DNA of 63,791 bases, the filler included, from Octopus bimaculoides (taxonomy: Eukaryota): assembly GCF_001194135.2 (NCBI RefSeq). It is 8 parts of 8 records of this genome, joined end to end, with 100 filler letters (N's around TTAATTAATTAA, not from the genome) between each part and the next. Parts side by side here need not be neighbours in the genome. Positions count along the whole stretch, not along the records: positions 1 to 21,963 come from NC_068983.1; positions 22,064 to 43,660 come from NC_068982.1; 6 more parts are not named here. One strand, given 5' to 3'. Positions 13,740 to 26,499 of this stretch are shown in pieces. The translations under genes and the position numbers were made by a program. The notes beneath the pieces are model-generated. The model was not told where the DNA came from. It ran no database searches and saw nothing but the letters and a program-made list of their open reading frames with translations. Position 1 is the stretch's first letter; each line of letters begins with the position of its first letter.

Positions 13740-14350
13740 CATTGCCACTCCACTCAATATTCTTGAGAGGGGATAAAGTCTTCAGGCTTGAGTAAAAGTC
13801 AATCATTTATTAACTGATTATGCAACCATGGAGACCACTCCTATGGATGCATTGCAGTTACAGTCTTAATAGAGTTTGATAATCCTGACTGTTGATCTTG
13901 AAGGATTCTTCCACTCAATGACTCAGCTGAGCTCTTCCACTGCCTCTTCAAAATGTTCCATGCTGCAATCCCATGACTTCACCATTATCCCTGGCAGAGT
14001 GGTTGAACAGGTGCTATGCCTTGCCAAAGGGCAGCCCATAACTATGTGGAGAAAAATTAAAATATAATTTATTGAAGTGTGGCTACCTTGGGAAATTGTA
14101 GTAAAAATGTCTTGCATTAAATGCAATTCAGTTTGATAGCGTAGAGGTGCACTGTGATACCTTTTGGCATAGCTTGTTGATCAGAGCATTTCTAATATTT
14201 TGTATCCTTTGAGGAACCAACTAAAACTAATGGCTTTCAAATCTGAAATGTCTACATGACTAATTTTCGACTTGAGTTTCCAAAGCACTGAACTGGTAAA
14301 TCTTCTACGTAAGATGTAAATATATTACTGATTGAATTTTCCTGTAGGAA
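13740..14350 (-). mobile_element. Highly degenerate LINE RT remnant, probably RTE-like
   Basis: ISQGSHTSINYIL and EAVEELS resemble the QG-x2-SP and post-YADD regions; many stops. Confidence 0.3.
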
Positions 14351-16267
14351 GAGCTGAATATTGCATTGTAAGGCAATGAAATATTCATCAGCCCTGCATT
14401 TTCACTGATTCTGCTTATTACATTGTGAGTTATATCCACTGGTGATATTTACTTAATAAAAGATGGAGCAATAAGAAAATCTCTGTGTGATTGGTTAACA
14501 TGCTAGAACTAGAAATTAAATCTCCATCATAGCATATCATACCCTACTATCTTAAAAGAAGGAAGGTTGCATTAGAAGTTTAATGTAATTATTGCTAAAC
14601 ATCTTTAATCATAAGTGTTATCAACCAGAGTGGCCTGGGGCTAAACAATAATAAAACTAAAGGCTAAAATAGTCAGTGGAGGTGTTTCTATGTTGTTACT
14701 CTACCTGCTAGAAATAGCTCCCAAATTTCCTTTTCTAGTGTGTAAAAGAAAGAATATATTCGATAATAAATTCTCAGAAACATGATATCGGAAAAAATAG
14801 CATGGTCCTGGCTGTAATGCCTTTGATCAGAGGCCATCTTGATAAAATTTGATATAGGACTAAACAACACCGACAAATTTGATAGGATGGATTTGGCTGT
14901 TCAGAAATAAATATTTTGGCTGGCAACATAGTTAGCTCCAGTGACACAACACAAAGTGCTAGCCCTCAACTGCTTGCTTGAAGACCCAATAACTTACCTA
15001 CTTATGGCTAACTACAGGTAAATAACTGAATGTTAATTCATACTCCCGGACCAAAATTTCTTTAGATATTCCCAAATTTCATATCTTAAATTTGAATACT
15101 GTTATACTTCTGTTCATCAGGGGCCCCTCTAGAGATAAGTTAACTTTTTATCCAATGGTGTTGTGTAGGAATTATTTATAAAAAGTATCATTTACATGCA
15201 TTTTCTCTGGATTTTGAAGCTCTTAATACAATTATCTTTTTTGTTTTCTTATCACATGGCTTCAAGTTCAGTTCCACTATGGGGTACCCAAACTGACTAA
15301 AGGCCTATAAATAAATTTAGTACTTAGAGACTAAATATGAAGCCAATGAATAGGGTTTTTCAGAAAAGATAATGGTTTAAATATGCATAATAAAGTTGAC
15401 TTTTATTTATGCTGGATGGTATAATGCTTACTTTTTGTGTATAAACTTACTAAAACCACTAAATGGTTAACTAGTTTTTGAAGTCTGACATTCATGCTGG
15501 TAAACATGGTTTGGACTATATTTTACATTGCTTGAACTTTCTATTTATTGCAGTGGAATACGTATTTAATTTCTCCTTTGCAGTTAACAATTCATAAGTT
15601 CTGCTCATACTGACAATAATGGTAATGATAAATTATTACGTCAAAGGTTCCAACAAGAATAGGCGGAAAATAATTCTGTTTACATAATCAGTTTGATTGG
15701 TCACTTCTTCTATCGGTTGAGTAAAGTGTCATCCAAGCTGATTTTTATTGGTAATTAAACTTAATTTGCAATACCTGTGCATGATTATCTGTGCATATTT
15801 ATCAGATTTGTTTTTGTTGATAATTCTTATCAACAACATTTCCTGTGATCGTGATTTGAGAAGACACAGCAGTATGCTAAAGAATGGACATAATCTCTTG
15901 TGGGCAAGAAATGTAAAATAAAGTTTATAATAAACAACACAAACACTTTGTAATTTAATAGCTTTCAATGTGATACCTGTTAAACAGAAATTATTTTTAT
16001 TGAAAATTTAATAAAATCTAATCATAAGTAAGTGAAATTATACTAAATTGAAAACCTTTTTTTCCCAGACTATATTGGTAATTCTGAAAACTTTTAGGTG
16101 TGAATTTTACATGAGTAGAAGCTTTTTTAACAAATTTTATCCTGAAAAATCACCTGTGTAAATTACACCGGTGCACAAATTACATGGGTTTTTACAGTAC
16201 TCCTTCAGGCACAGCTCTATTCATATCAACTAAATTCACAATATTAATTCAAATTTTTTTTCCATTC

Positions 16268-16728
16268 TAGTGGATGGAACTCATGGGAGAGGGAAACCCA
16301 GGAAGACATGGGATGAAATACTGAAGGACAACCTCAGGACACTGAACCTTTCAGAGGAAACAAAAAAAAAAAACATAATATATAGTGCCTTGCTATTTTC
16401 AGCAAGGCCTGTCATCTATAGCTGAAGATCACACTTCTGATGAAGACATTTGACCTGCAAGAGTCCTGTGCTGGTGCCACATGAAAAGGCACTTTTGCCA
16501 GTGCCATGTAATAGTGCGTGTACCAGTTCCCTGTTAAAAGCACCCAGCACACACTGTAAGATGGTTGGTCATTAGGGAAGACATCCAGCCATATAAGCCA
16601 AGCTGAATCAAACTGAAAGCTGGTGCAACTCTCCTGTTTGCCTGCTCTGGTTAAACCTTTCAACCCATGCCAGCATGGAAAACGAACATTAAAGCATGAT
16701 GATGAGGATAATGATGATGATGATGATA
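16268..16728 (+). mobile_element. RTE LINE 3' fragment
   Basis: VDGTHGRGKPRKTWDEILKDNLRTL matches the end of the 22-24 kb RTE ORF; ends in (ATG)n. Confidence 0.8.
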
Positions 16729-17231
16729 ATTTACTTTGTATTGTATGATATTCTGACTATCTTGTCTGGAGCACATTATGTATTACTGGATTAATTGGAG
16801 GCCTACAATATGTTTTTCATCAAAACAAGTAAATGATCTGATATTCTGATATTTTCTAATCTTATATCCAGCCTGTAAATATCTATATTTTATATTTTGA
16901 AATGTCATCTCAATATATTTCATAGATTATTTTTACTTTTTTATTTCTAATTATCAAAATTGAACTATAATTCACATGGATGCATCCAATTATTTTACTA
17001 GGAATTCTGTTGCTGTTAGTCAACAAGATTCACATTATAGCCATGTTTACTAGTAAAAGTTTGGAAAAAAGTTTACTTTGCTTAAGACTGATGAAATGTT
17101 ATCGTGTTTGGAAATGGAAAATAAAGTTTGAAGAATGAAACCAACTTTAAGATGCAGGTTTCAATCTAACATAATAGAATAGCCAAAAAATAAGTTGTGA
17201 TCCTTTCAGATAGTAATATCATTATTTTCAA

Positions 17232-17447
17232 GGTAGTGAGCTGGCAGAAACTTCAGCACGCCAGGTGAAATGCTTTGTGATATTTCATCTGTCTTTACGT
17301 CCAGAGTTCAAATTCTACTGAGGCCAACTTTGCCTTTCATCCTTTTGGGGTCGATGGATTAAACAACAGTTGCATACTGGGATGATCTAACTGACTGGCT
17401 TCCTCCCCCAAAATGTTGTGCCTTGTGCCTAGAGTAGAAAAGAATAT
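17232..17447 (+). mobile_element. SINE family B
   Basis: GAGCTGGCAGAA...GAGTTCAAATT...CTTTGCCTTTCATCC...GTAGAAAAGAAT. Confidence 0.82.
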
Positions 17448-17529
17448 TATTATTTTCAATTAAAGCTATGTTCATGTGTCTAACAAAGTCGTTATATTGG
17501 TTTGAAATTGTAGCACCAAATCAGCAATT

Positions 17530-19790
17530 TTAAGGGTGGGGTAAGACCAGCCAGTAGAATTTTATCAATGCCCAAAGTCTCTGCAAGTACCACTAATCTT
17601 ATCCACCACTAATCGCTTAAAGAATGCTACCGTGGTGCATCCACCAACTCTGTTGCCTGACTGGTGAGTACCTGATGCATTTGTATGTGCGAGATGCCTT
17701 GTCTGATTATGTTAGATCCAAGACTGTGGCTCTTTTAAAGAGACAAGCTGTAGAAAAGCATGTCTCACACATAGCAACCACACCTGCTCACTGTCAAGGA
17801 AAGCTGGAAGTACTGCAGTTTCAGTGCATTCCTTTGCATCAATAGCCACAGTGAATGTTGACAGCAAACATTCTGTGGATGTTGGCAGCAAATGGAACAT
17901 TTGACCAGTGGATCCTGTTCCATCCACAGAAAGCAGAAGAGCAAGCATTCTATTCTTATCAGCCATAAAGTGGTGCAAGGCCATGGCAGTCAGGCAGTCA
18001 TAGAAGATGAATATAATGTAGGCATTCACCATCTTCACTCAGTCCTTCAACTATGATTTTTACTTTTGACCCATATCTGGGAGAGATTAATCACCCTGCT
18101 CATCAGCCCTTCCCAGTTCTTGCTCATCTGGAGGACCAAATCAAACTCTAAGCATTTTAACTGGTCCGTCTATCCAATGCCTCACAACTCAGTTGGATGG
18201 CATGATCCTGCCTCTTAGTGGGGTCAAAATGCAGGCCCACTGATTTCTTCTGATTAATTCTTGTACTTGTTACCACTTTGTATTCCTTTAGAGTAGTGCT
18301 GATCACCTTGCTGTGTTTAGTGTCTGGCCCTATTACAATGACATTGTCCACATATACAAACACGAATCTTGTGCATCTTAGATTTCACAGGATGCACCTC
18401 AGACCCTCCAACTTTTGCAGTATTGATTGATCAAGGGTAAGTACGTATAGACGGGATGAAAAAGGACACCCTTGATGTAGACCAGATGCATGATACATGG
18501 TTCTGAGCAAATGTTGCTGTACTTTGCAGCAATTTAGCTTCTAAAGATAGGCCATCTTGAAAAAAACTGAGAAGTATTCATGATCAATCCTATCAAAATC
18601 TTTTGACTAGTCTAAATAAGTCCCACACATGCCTGGTCTTTATTCACCCTCTGTAGGCTGTATAGCATAAAGTGGAGGTTGGTATGGATCAATCTGTATA
18701 GTATGGTGCATGTATTCTGCATTTAGCAAAGTTATAGATTACAAATTATTAAAATCATCCCCCTTATTTTGGTCATTTCTCAGCAGCATCACCACATCAC
18801 TTTTTGCCTGACTGGGAATGCTATTCTGTTGTCAATGTCAGTAGATATCTGCCAAAATTCCCTAAACAAATCTGGTATATGAAGATAAAGCTTGTCAGGT
18901 AGACCATCTTGTATCACTTCTTCTATTTTATTGACTGTTATTGTCCTCCAACAGAGCTCTGTATCTCCAGTCAAGAGTTGTGGCATGCCATTGAGGTAGG
19001 TGGCAAAATCTCTAATCTACTGTCTGCCTCAAACATTTGAGTGAAGTGCTTCTGAAAAACTACTCACGTCTGCACACATAGCTTGAAATTGAGTAGTTTC
19101 ACCCTTTTAATATGTCATTGAACAAATTGCAATTTTGCTTCCACATTGTGCCTCTGTCACCCAAGTTCATCAAATGACTTTTGTCCTCTCATGTCATAGA
19201 CCATGCACGCTATTACTGAAAATGCAACCTTCATGTTTAGAATAGAAAAATCAGTCAAAGGCTAATCTTGTCACCAGCATGTCAGTTGCATTGCCTTCTC
19301 TAAGCAGCTCATTTCAGTTACTAACTACCTCACCTTCTACTCTAGAATTCTCTATCACTATTTCCTTACTAAATCTAATTGCATCTTATGTAATAACCTG
19401 TTTCAAGGTTAACAACCATTGGTTGTTGATGATTACACCTGTGAATCCAATCTCTGTAAACTTGGTGCATTGGGGAAGATGAATTTAGTTTCCATTTACT
19501 AGGCTCCTATCTATGCAGCTTATCTTGGTTGGCCATACAAATCACAAATATTTAGACTGTATAGCCAACAACTTTGAATTGTGGAAAACTTTTGCTGCTC
19601 CTGTCTACTAGTCTACAGAATGCTCTATCTAGATATGATTTGGAAGACTCAATGTCATTTACCTATGTCCACATTGGTACATCCTGGGCATCCAGTGAGT
19701 ACCTGTCAGCCAATTGGAAACAAGTGAGCAGGTCTATGAGGCTTTTACAACCACCTCTCCACAGAATTCAGATGTGCGTCTAAGCTGGCA
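17530..19790 (-). mobile_element. Older degenerate L1/Tx1-clade LINE
   Basis: DGLPDKLYLHIPDLF parallels DGLPYEFYCSMPDLF of the 28.5 kb copy; FVYVDNVIVIG is a decayed YADD motif; INQKKSVGL. Boundaries approximate. Confidence 0.75.
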
Positions 19791-19841
19791 TTCCAAGTGA
19801 AGAGAATATGTTTGGCATTTGTGTTTCTTTTATATACTGAC

Positions 19842-19946
19842 TGAATTCATGTAGAATTTCCTAGTAAAAGAATTTTGAACTGGATAATGAGACAGTGAAT
19901 GTCTAGAAATATTAAATATGGATTTAAGAACTCTTAAGTTCCAAAC
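19842..19946 (-). CDS. Candidate exon, composition like a mitochondrial transit peptide
   Basis: Long pyrimidine tract, then aatag|VWNLRVLKSIFNISRHSLSHYPVQNSFTRKFYMNS|GTCAGT. No acidic residues. A competing AG 12 nt upstream would introduce a stop. Confidence 0.25.
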
Positions 19947-20305
19947 CTATTGTAAAAGCTAATAAGAAAATATAAAATACATAATATTAAAAAAAACATA
20001 GAAATGGAACAGAACTGCATTTAATAAAACATGAATATATATGTGTGTGTATGTATGGATATATATGNNNNNNNNNNNNNNNNNNNNNNNNNNNNNNNNN
20101 NNNNNNNNNNNNNNNNNNNNNNNNNNNNNNNNNNNNNNNNNNNNNNNNNNNNNNNNNNNNNNNNNNNNNNNNNNNNNNNNNNNNNNNNNNNNNNNNNNNN
20201 NNNNNNNNNNNNNNNNNNNNNNNNNNNNNNNNNNNATATACATATATATAGGGAGAATTCACAAAAAATAGATGTATTAGTATAACGCTCGGCAATTGAA
20301 AAAGT

Positions 20306-20341
20306 CTTTAACATTTCAAGCCTACGCTCTTCCACAGAAAG
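20306..20341 (-). ncRNA. Decayed minimal hammerhead-like motif
   Basis: Minus strand CTTT-CTGTGGA-A-GAGC-GTAG-GCTT-GAAAT-GTT-AAAG; the A6 position is U, and two apparent CpG>TpG changes break stems II and III. Confidence 0.3.
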
Positions 20342-20517
20342 GAACACAAAAAGAAACGAGGAGAGAAACAAGGAGAGAAAAAAAATGTGTGTAGTGGTTA
20401 GCAATCTATCATGGCGAATGTAAAGCTTCATTGTACCATGGCAATAGTAAAGCTTCACTGTATATATATATTGGCAAAAATGTTTGTGGGCAGTGAACAT
20501 AAAAAATTTCATCTTAC

Positions 20518-20532
20518 CTGTAGGAAGAACAT
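20518..20532 (-). CDS. Candidate start-codon exon end (MFFLQ)
   Basis: ATG TTC TTC CTA CAG followed by strong donor GTAAGA; phase 0 fits the candidate exon at 19842-19946. Confidence 0.25.
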
Positions 20533-20801
20533 TAAATAAATGTACAACCCAGATGTGGATAATCTAGGACCTAGGTTTTGAACTATCCAAATTAGTTTTT
20601 TGTTTGTTAATGTAAATTTGATTAGTTCTCATTGGCTAGATTCACCTAGACAAAGTCTCAAATTTCACTACATCAATGCCAATATTTACTCAGCTGAAAC
20701 GCCTAGTCATTAACAGACCAAGAATAGTGAAAACGTTCTCAGAGAAAGAATTATTAAATAGTGCAATACAGTAGTATTGCTTCCCAGTAAAACAAAGCAC
20801 C

Positions 20802-20932
20802 ATCAGGTTAAAGTATAAATAATATAGTGATATTTCCAGTAAATATTGGGTGGTATTGGTAAATATTAGTGGTACAACAATGCACCAATATTTACTGGAA
20901 ATACCACTATATTATTTATACTTTAACTTGAT
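20802..20932. repeat. 48-bp inverted repeat, MITE-like
   Basis: Arms 20802-20849 and 20885-20932 match at 46 of 48 positions; 35-nt spacer. Confidence 0.85.
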
Positions 20933-21344
20933 ACATACATACATATAGATAGATAGGTAGATAGATAGATATATAGACAGATATCAATAAACCACATATG
21001 ATGACAGAAGAGATAGAGCTCAATATCATTAAGAATAAAGGGCTATATCTTTTAGATGATACAGATATATAAATACGGAGACTTTCATGCATGAGTTTAA
21101 GTTTCTGAGTTGACAGTTCAGTGATCGTTGCATATCTTCAGGTGTTGCAAGTATGGTGCACATTGCCAGAACCACACCACTTCAAACCTAAATACTTATG
21201 TGTACTACACATGTGATTTATTTATATTTAATGTGCTCTGAAGCAGAGTGACACTGTAACAATTGTAACTAATTTTGAAGTTATACTGTTTCAATATCTT
21301 TGTCTTCACTCTTTTCTTATAATTTACTCTACAAAAATACATAC

Positions 21345-21501
21345 CAAGTCATTTTTTCTTTGATAGATACCTGGTTTTTCTGCACCAATGCACTGCATTA
21401 GATACCAGTCATAACATGTAGATAACTGTGAATTTGTAGCAAATGTTACAGAAGACAGTTGAGTATGATGCAATTCTTCAACACATTGAATCTTTGTCAA
21501 A
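21345..21501 (-). CDS. Candidate internal exon of an unidentified minus-strand gene
   Basis: 157 nt open in one frame only (LTKIQCVEELHHTQLSSVTFATNSQLSTCYDWYLMQCIGAEKPGIYQRKNDL), bounded by ttggatag and TTG|GTATGT, in non-repeat DNA. No homology recognised. Confidence 0.3.
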
Positions 21502-21631
21502 CTATCCAACCAATAACAGCATAGAACATAGACGTTAAAAGATGGTGATTATGCTGATGATATTTCTCTCTCTTGCTCTCTTTCTCTCTATCTATCTATC
21601 TATTTATATATATACACACACACACACACAT

Positions 21632-21939
21632 ATCATCATCATCATCATCATCGTTTAACGTCCGCCTTCCATGCTAGCATGGGTTGGACGATTTGACTGA
21701 GGACTGGTGAAACAGGATGGCCACAGCAAGCTCCAATCTAATTTGGCAGAGTTTCTACAGCTGGATGCCCTTCCTAACGCCAACCACTCAGAGAGTGTAG
21801 TGGGTGCTTTTACGTGTCACCTGCACGAAAACGGCCACGCTCGAAATGGTGTCTTTTATGTGCCACCCGCACAAGAGCCAGTCCAGGGGCACTGGCAACA
21901 ATCTCGCTCGAAAACCCTACTAAGGCCAGCCAGGCGGTA
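21632..21939 (-). mobile_element. RTE 3'-end copy
   Basis: Same tail family, near-identical to the 30922 copy. Confidence 0.88.
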
Positions 21940-22063
21940 TATACATATATATATATATATATGNNNNNNNNNNNNNNNNNNNNNNNNNNNNNNNNNNNNN
22001 NNNNNNNTTAATTAATTAANNNNNNNNNNNNNNNNNNNNNNNNNNNNNNNNNNNNNNNNNNNN

Positions 22064-22099
<36 letters not shown>

Positions 22100-22115
22100 A
22101 TATATATAGGGCTAT

Positions 22116-24742
22116 TAGACAAAAGAAACAGTCTTGGAAGACTGGAAGAACGGAGGTAGTATGGAATTGTATCAGACTGCCAGAGGGGAAGCTAGGAGAC
22201 AAGTTTACTTAGCCAGAGGAGAAGCAGATAAGAAAAAATTTGCCAATGTTCTGCGCCGTGAGGACCAAAGACTTGAAGTATTTCGTGTTGCAAGACAGTG
22301 TGTGAGAGAGAATCGTGATGTTGTAGGAGAGAAAATTGATGGCTCACTTGCACTAAACGAGGCTGCAGAGCGAGAGGTTTGGAGACGCCACTATGAAACG
22401 CTGCTTAATAAAGAGAATGAATGGGAGGAAGAGAGTCTGCCACATGTCGACCCAACAGAGGGACCAGCTATCCTAATTGACAGTACCTTGGTAGATAAAG
22501 TGATTAAGAGTATGAAGACAGGGAAAGCCCCCGGCCCATCAGGAATCACTGCAGAGATGCTCAAAATATCTGGCAGTGTCGGCTACAGTCTAGTCACCCA
22601 TATAGTTAATCAGGTGATACATGAAGGAGTCATACCGAATGACTGGTGTAGCAGCACCATAGTCAAATGCTATAAAGGTAAAGGTGGCGCTTTAGACACA
22701 AACAATTACAGAGGTATCAAGTTGTTGGACCAGGTAATGAAGGTCACCGAGAGGGTCATAGCCCAACTAATTAGGGAGAGAGTCAGTTTGGATGAGATGC
22801 AGTTTGGGTTTGTGCCAGGGAAAAGCACCACTGATGCTATATTTCTGGTAAGACAGCTGCAGGAGAAATACCTAGCCAAAGATAAACCTCTGTACATGGC
22901 TTTCATTGACATGGAGAAAGCCTTTGACAGGGTCCCCCACTCCCTTATCTGGTGGTCAATGAGGAAACTAGGGATNNNNNNNNNNNNNNNNNNNNNNNNN
23001 NNNNNNNNNNNNNNNNNNNNNNNNNNNNNNNNNNNNNNNNNNNNNNNNNNNNNNNNNNNNNNNNNNNNNNNNNNNNNNNNNNNNNNNNNNNNNNNNNNNN
23101 NNNNNNNNNNNNNNNNNNNNNNNNNNNNNNNNNNNNNNNNNNNNNNNNNNNNNNNNNNNNNNNNNNNNNNNNNNNNNNNNNNNNNNNNNNNNNNNNNNNN
23201 NNNNNNNNNNNNNNNNNNNNNNNNNNNNNNNNNNNNNNNNNNNNNNNNNNNNNNNNNNNNNNNNNNNNNNNNNNNNNNNNNNNNNNNNNNNNNNNNNNNN
23301 NNNNNNNNNNNNNNNNNNNNNNNNNNNNNNNNNNNNNNNNNNNNNNNNNNNNNNNNNNNNNNNNNNNNNNNNNNNNNNNNNNNNNNNNNNNNNNNNNNNN
23401 NNNNNNNNNNNNNNNNNNNNNNNNNNNNNNNNNNNNNNNNNNNNNNNNATATAAGAGGTGCAGCAATATCAAAGGAAGGCTAACTAGCAAGATAGTTTTT
23501 GTATGTGGCAGATGTTCAGGAGCAATAAACACTGAAAATGTACAGAAAACAACCTTTTCCACACTCCAGGGGGAAAAACTAGAAGTAGTTGATAGCTTCC
23601 GCTACCTAGGTGACCAAGTTTGTAGCGGGGGAGGGTGCACTGAAAGTGTAGCTGCTAGAATAAGAATAGCCTGGGCAAAGTTTAGAGAGCCCTTACCTCT
23701 GCTGGTGACAAAGGGCCTCTCACTCAGAGTAAAAGGCAGACTGTATGACGCATGTGTATGAACAGCCATGCTACATGGCAGTGAAACATGGGCCGTGACT
23801 GCTGAGGACATTCATAAGCTTGGAAGGAATGAAAGCAGTATGCTCCGCTGGATGTGTGATGTCAGTGTGCATACACGACAGTGTGTAAACATCCTGAGAG
23901 AAAAATTGGACTTAAAATCATCAGATGTGGTGTGCAAGAATGATGACTGCGCTGGTATGGTTATATGGTGCGAATGGATGAGGACATCTGTGTGAAAAAA
24001 TGTCACACCCTAGCAGTTGAGGGAACCTGTGGAAGAAGTAGACCCAGGAAGACCTGGGATGTGGTGGTGAAGCATGACCTTCGAACATTGGGCTTCACTG
24101 AGGCAATGACAAGTGACCGAAACCTTTGGAGATATGCTGTGCTTGAGAAGACCCGGCAAGCCAAGTGGGACCATAACTATGGCCTATGCCTCTGCAGTAT
24201 AACCAGCCCATTTAAGAGTACCCTTCAATCATTGGACAATAAACCACGCTTGAAAAGACCTGTTGAGGCAAGTGAAATTGTTGTCGCCAATGACAGTACC
24301 GCCTGATTGACATCCATGCCATTTGTGCATGATCATTGCCAGGGGTGCTGACTGACTCCTGTGTCGGTGGCACATAAAAAGTACCATTCCAGCATGATTG
24401 TTGCCAGTGTTACCTGACTGGCTCCTTTGCCGCTGGCACATACAAAACAGCATTCAAGTGTGGTCATTGCCAGTGCCACTTGACTGGCTCCAGTGCAGGT
24501 GGCATGTAAAAAGCACCATTTGTGCGTGGTTAATGCCAGTACCACTTGACTGGCCCTTGTGCCAGTGGCACTTAAAAGCACCCACTACACTCTTGGAGTG
24601 GTTAGGGTTAGGAATGGTATCCAGCTGTAGAAACTTTGCCAGATCAGATTGGAGCCTGGTGCAGCCTTCTGGGTCGCCAGCCCTCAGTCAAACTATCCAA
24701 TCCATGCCAGCATGGAAAGCAGACATTAAATGATGATGATGA
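22116..24742 (+). mobile_element. RTE-clade LINE, 5'-truncated: RT, C-terminal region, 3' UTR and (ATG)n tail
   Basis: ORF 22134 has GKAPGPSGI, NYRGIKLL, QFGFVPGKST, FIDMEKAFDRVP; after the gap come VDSFRYLG, GRSRPRKTW and a tail ending ACATTAAA(TGA)n. Contains stops and frameshifts. Confidence 0.92.
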
Positions 24743-25286
24743 AGATTCTGATATTACATGTATATNNNNNNNNNNNNNNNNNNNNNNNNNNNNNNNNNNN
24801 NNNNNNNNNNNNNNNNNNNNNNNNNNNNNNNNNNNNNNNNNNNNNNNNNNNNNNNNNNNNNNNNNNNNNNNNNNNNNNNNNNNNNNNNNNNNNNNNNNNN
24901 NNNNNNNNNNNNNNNNNNNNNNNNNNNNNNNNNNNNNNNNNNNNNNNNNNNNNNNNNNNNNNNNNNNNNNNNNNNNNNNNNNNNNNNNNNNNNNNNNNNN
25001 NNNNNNNNNNNNNNNNNNNNNNNNNNNNNNNNNNNNNNNNNNNNNNNNNNNNNNNNNNNNNNNNNNNNNNNNNNNNNNNNNNNNNNNNNNNNNNNNNNNN
25101 NNNNNNNNNNNNNNNNNNNNNNNNNNNNNNNNNNNNNNNNNNNNNNNNNNNNNNNNNNNNNNNNNNNNNNNNNNNNNNNNNNNNNNNNNNNNNNNNNNNN
25201 NNNNNNNNAACAGTTTTTTGTTATATTTCTGCTGCTTTTAAATGAAGTATATATATATATATATAATACAATTATTTGGTAGCCAT

Positions 25287-25348
25287 GAAAAAACTCTGAG
25301 TTTCGGATGTCGGGGCAGAAACCCACACCGCCATCTTTTCAGTTATCG
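25287..25348 (-). ncRNA. Decayed hammerhead-like motif in the 3' flank of the Penelope-like element
   Basis: Minus strand GATAA-CTGAAAAGATGGCGG...CCGACATCC-GAAAC-TCAGAGTT-TTTTC, same strand as and downstream of the PLE ORF; core is imperfect. Confidence 0.3.
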
Positions 25349-25499
25349 GGCCATCGAAAAAAATGCTATGAAAATGACCGTTAAACAAAGGGAAATTACT
25401 GTGTGATTGACTGTTATTAAGACAAAAGAGCTATTAGAATGACTGCTAAGTAAGGGGAGGAAGTAAAGGTAAGGGAGTAAAATTGTTCATAGCAATCGC

Positions 25500-26450
25500 G
25501 TAAGCGTGCATGTCCATACATACACTTGCGCGCCCGCACACCCATGTACATGTGCCTATATGTATATACTCATCCACCCTCACTTGAAACACACTTATGC
25601 TCACCCACACATTCGCCAAAAAATATATACATACCCTGCATACATGCTCGCACACACACACGTGCACAAAAAGGTTCATACACATGACTATATACACACA
25701 TGCACAAGAAAAAACAGGGCTAAAGGCAAAATACAGAAAAATGTGTAAAAAAAAAGTGTTAAAAATGAGCAATAAGAGTAAAACACATCTATATACACAC
25801 ATAATTGCATGCACACACATACACACCTCTATATACACACATACTCGCATGCACGCAACACACACATCTATATATGCACATGCACAAGAAAAAACAGGGC
25901 TAAAGGTGAAATACAGAAAAATGTGTAAGAAAAGTGTAAAAAATAAGCAATAAGAGTAAAACATGTCTATATGCACACACTCGCATGCACACACGCACAC
26001 ACGTCTATATACGCACATACTCATATGCACGCACACACACGTCTATATACACACATACCTGCACACGTCTATATATGCACACACACACATGTACACAAAA
26101 AAGGTTCATACACATGTCTATATACACACATGCACAAGAAAAAACAGGGCTAAAGGCAAAATACAGAAAAATGTGTAAAAAAAAGTGTAAAAAATAAGCA
26201 ATAAGCATATCTATATACGCACATAATTGCATGCACGCACACACACATCTATATACGCACATACCTGCACATACACACACATTCACATGTGCGCTCAACA
26301 GACTCCATATACACGTCTATATACACACAGGAAAAATGCAAGGTGGAAGGGAGAATACAGAAAAAATATGTGTAAAACATATATGAGCAATAAACCTATA
26401 AAACAATATCTCTATAAATATGTAAAAAATATATAAAAAATATATAAGAG
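25500..26450. repeat. Compound CA/TA-rich tandem repeat downstream of the Penelope-like ORF
   Basis: CACATGCACAAGAAAAAACAGGGCTAAAGG(C/T)RAAATACAGAAAAATGTGTAA recurs near 25700, 25880 and 26130 among (CA)/(TA) runs. Confidence 0.85.
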
Positions 26451-26499
26451 ATATAAGTAAAAAATATAGAGATAAAAAGCTTGTATGTAGACACAATAT

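Noticed and set aside
22008-22019. TTAATTAATTAA islands between N runs (also near 43706, 49108, 53705, 58153, 60756, 62663)
   Set aside because: Identical 12-mer always inside N padding, with stops in all six frames; a scaffolding spacer, not biology.
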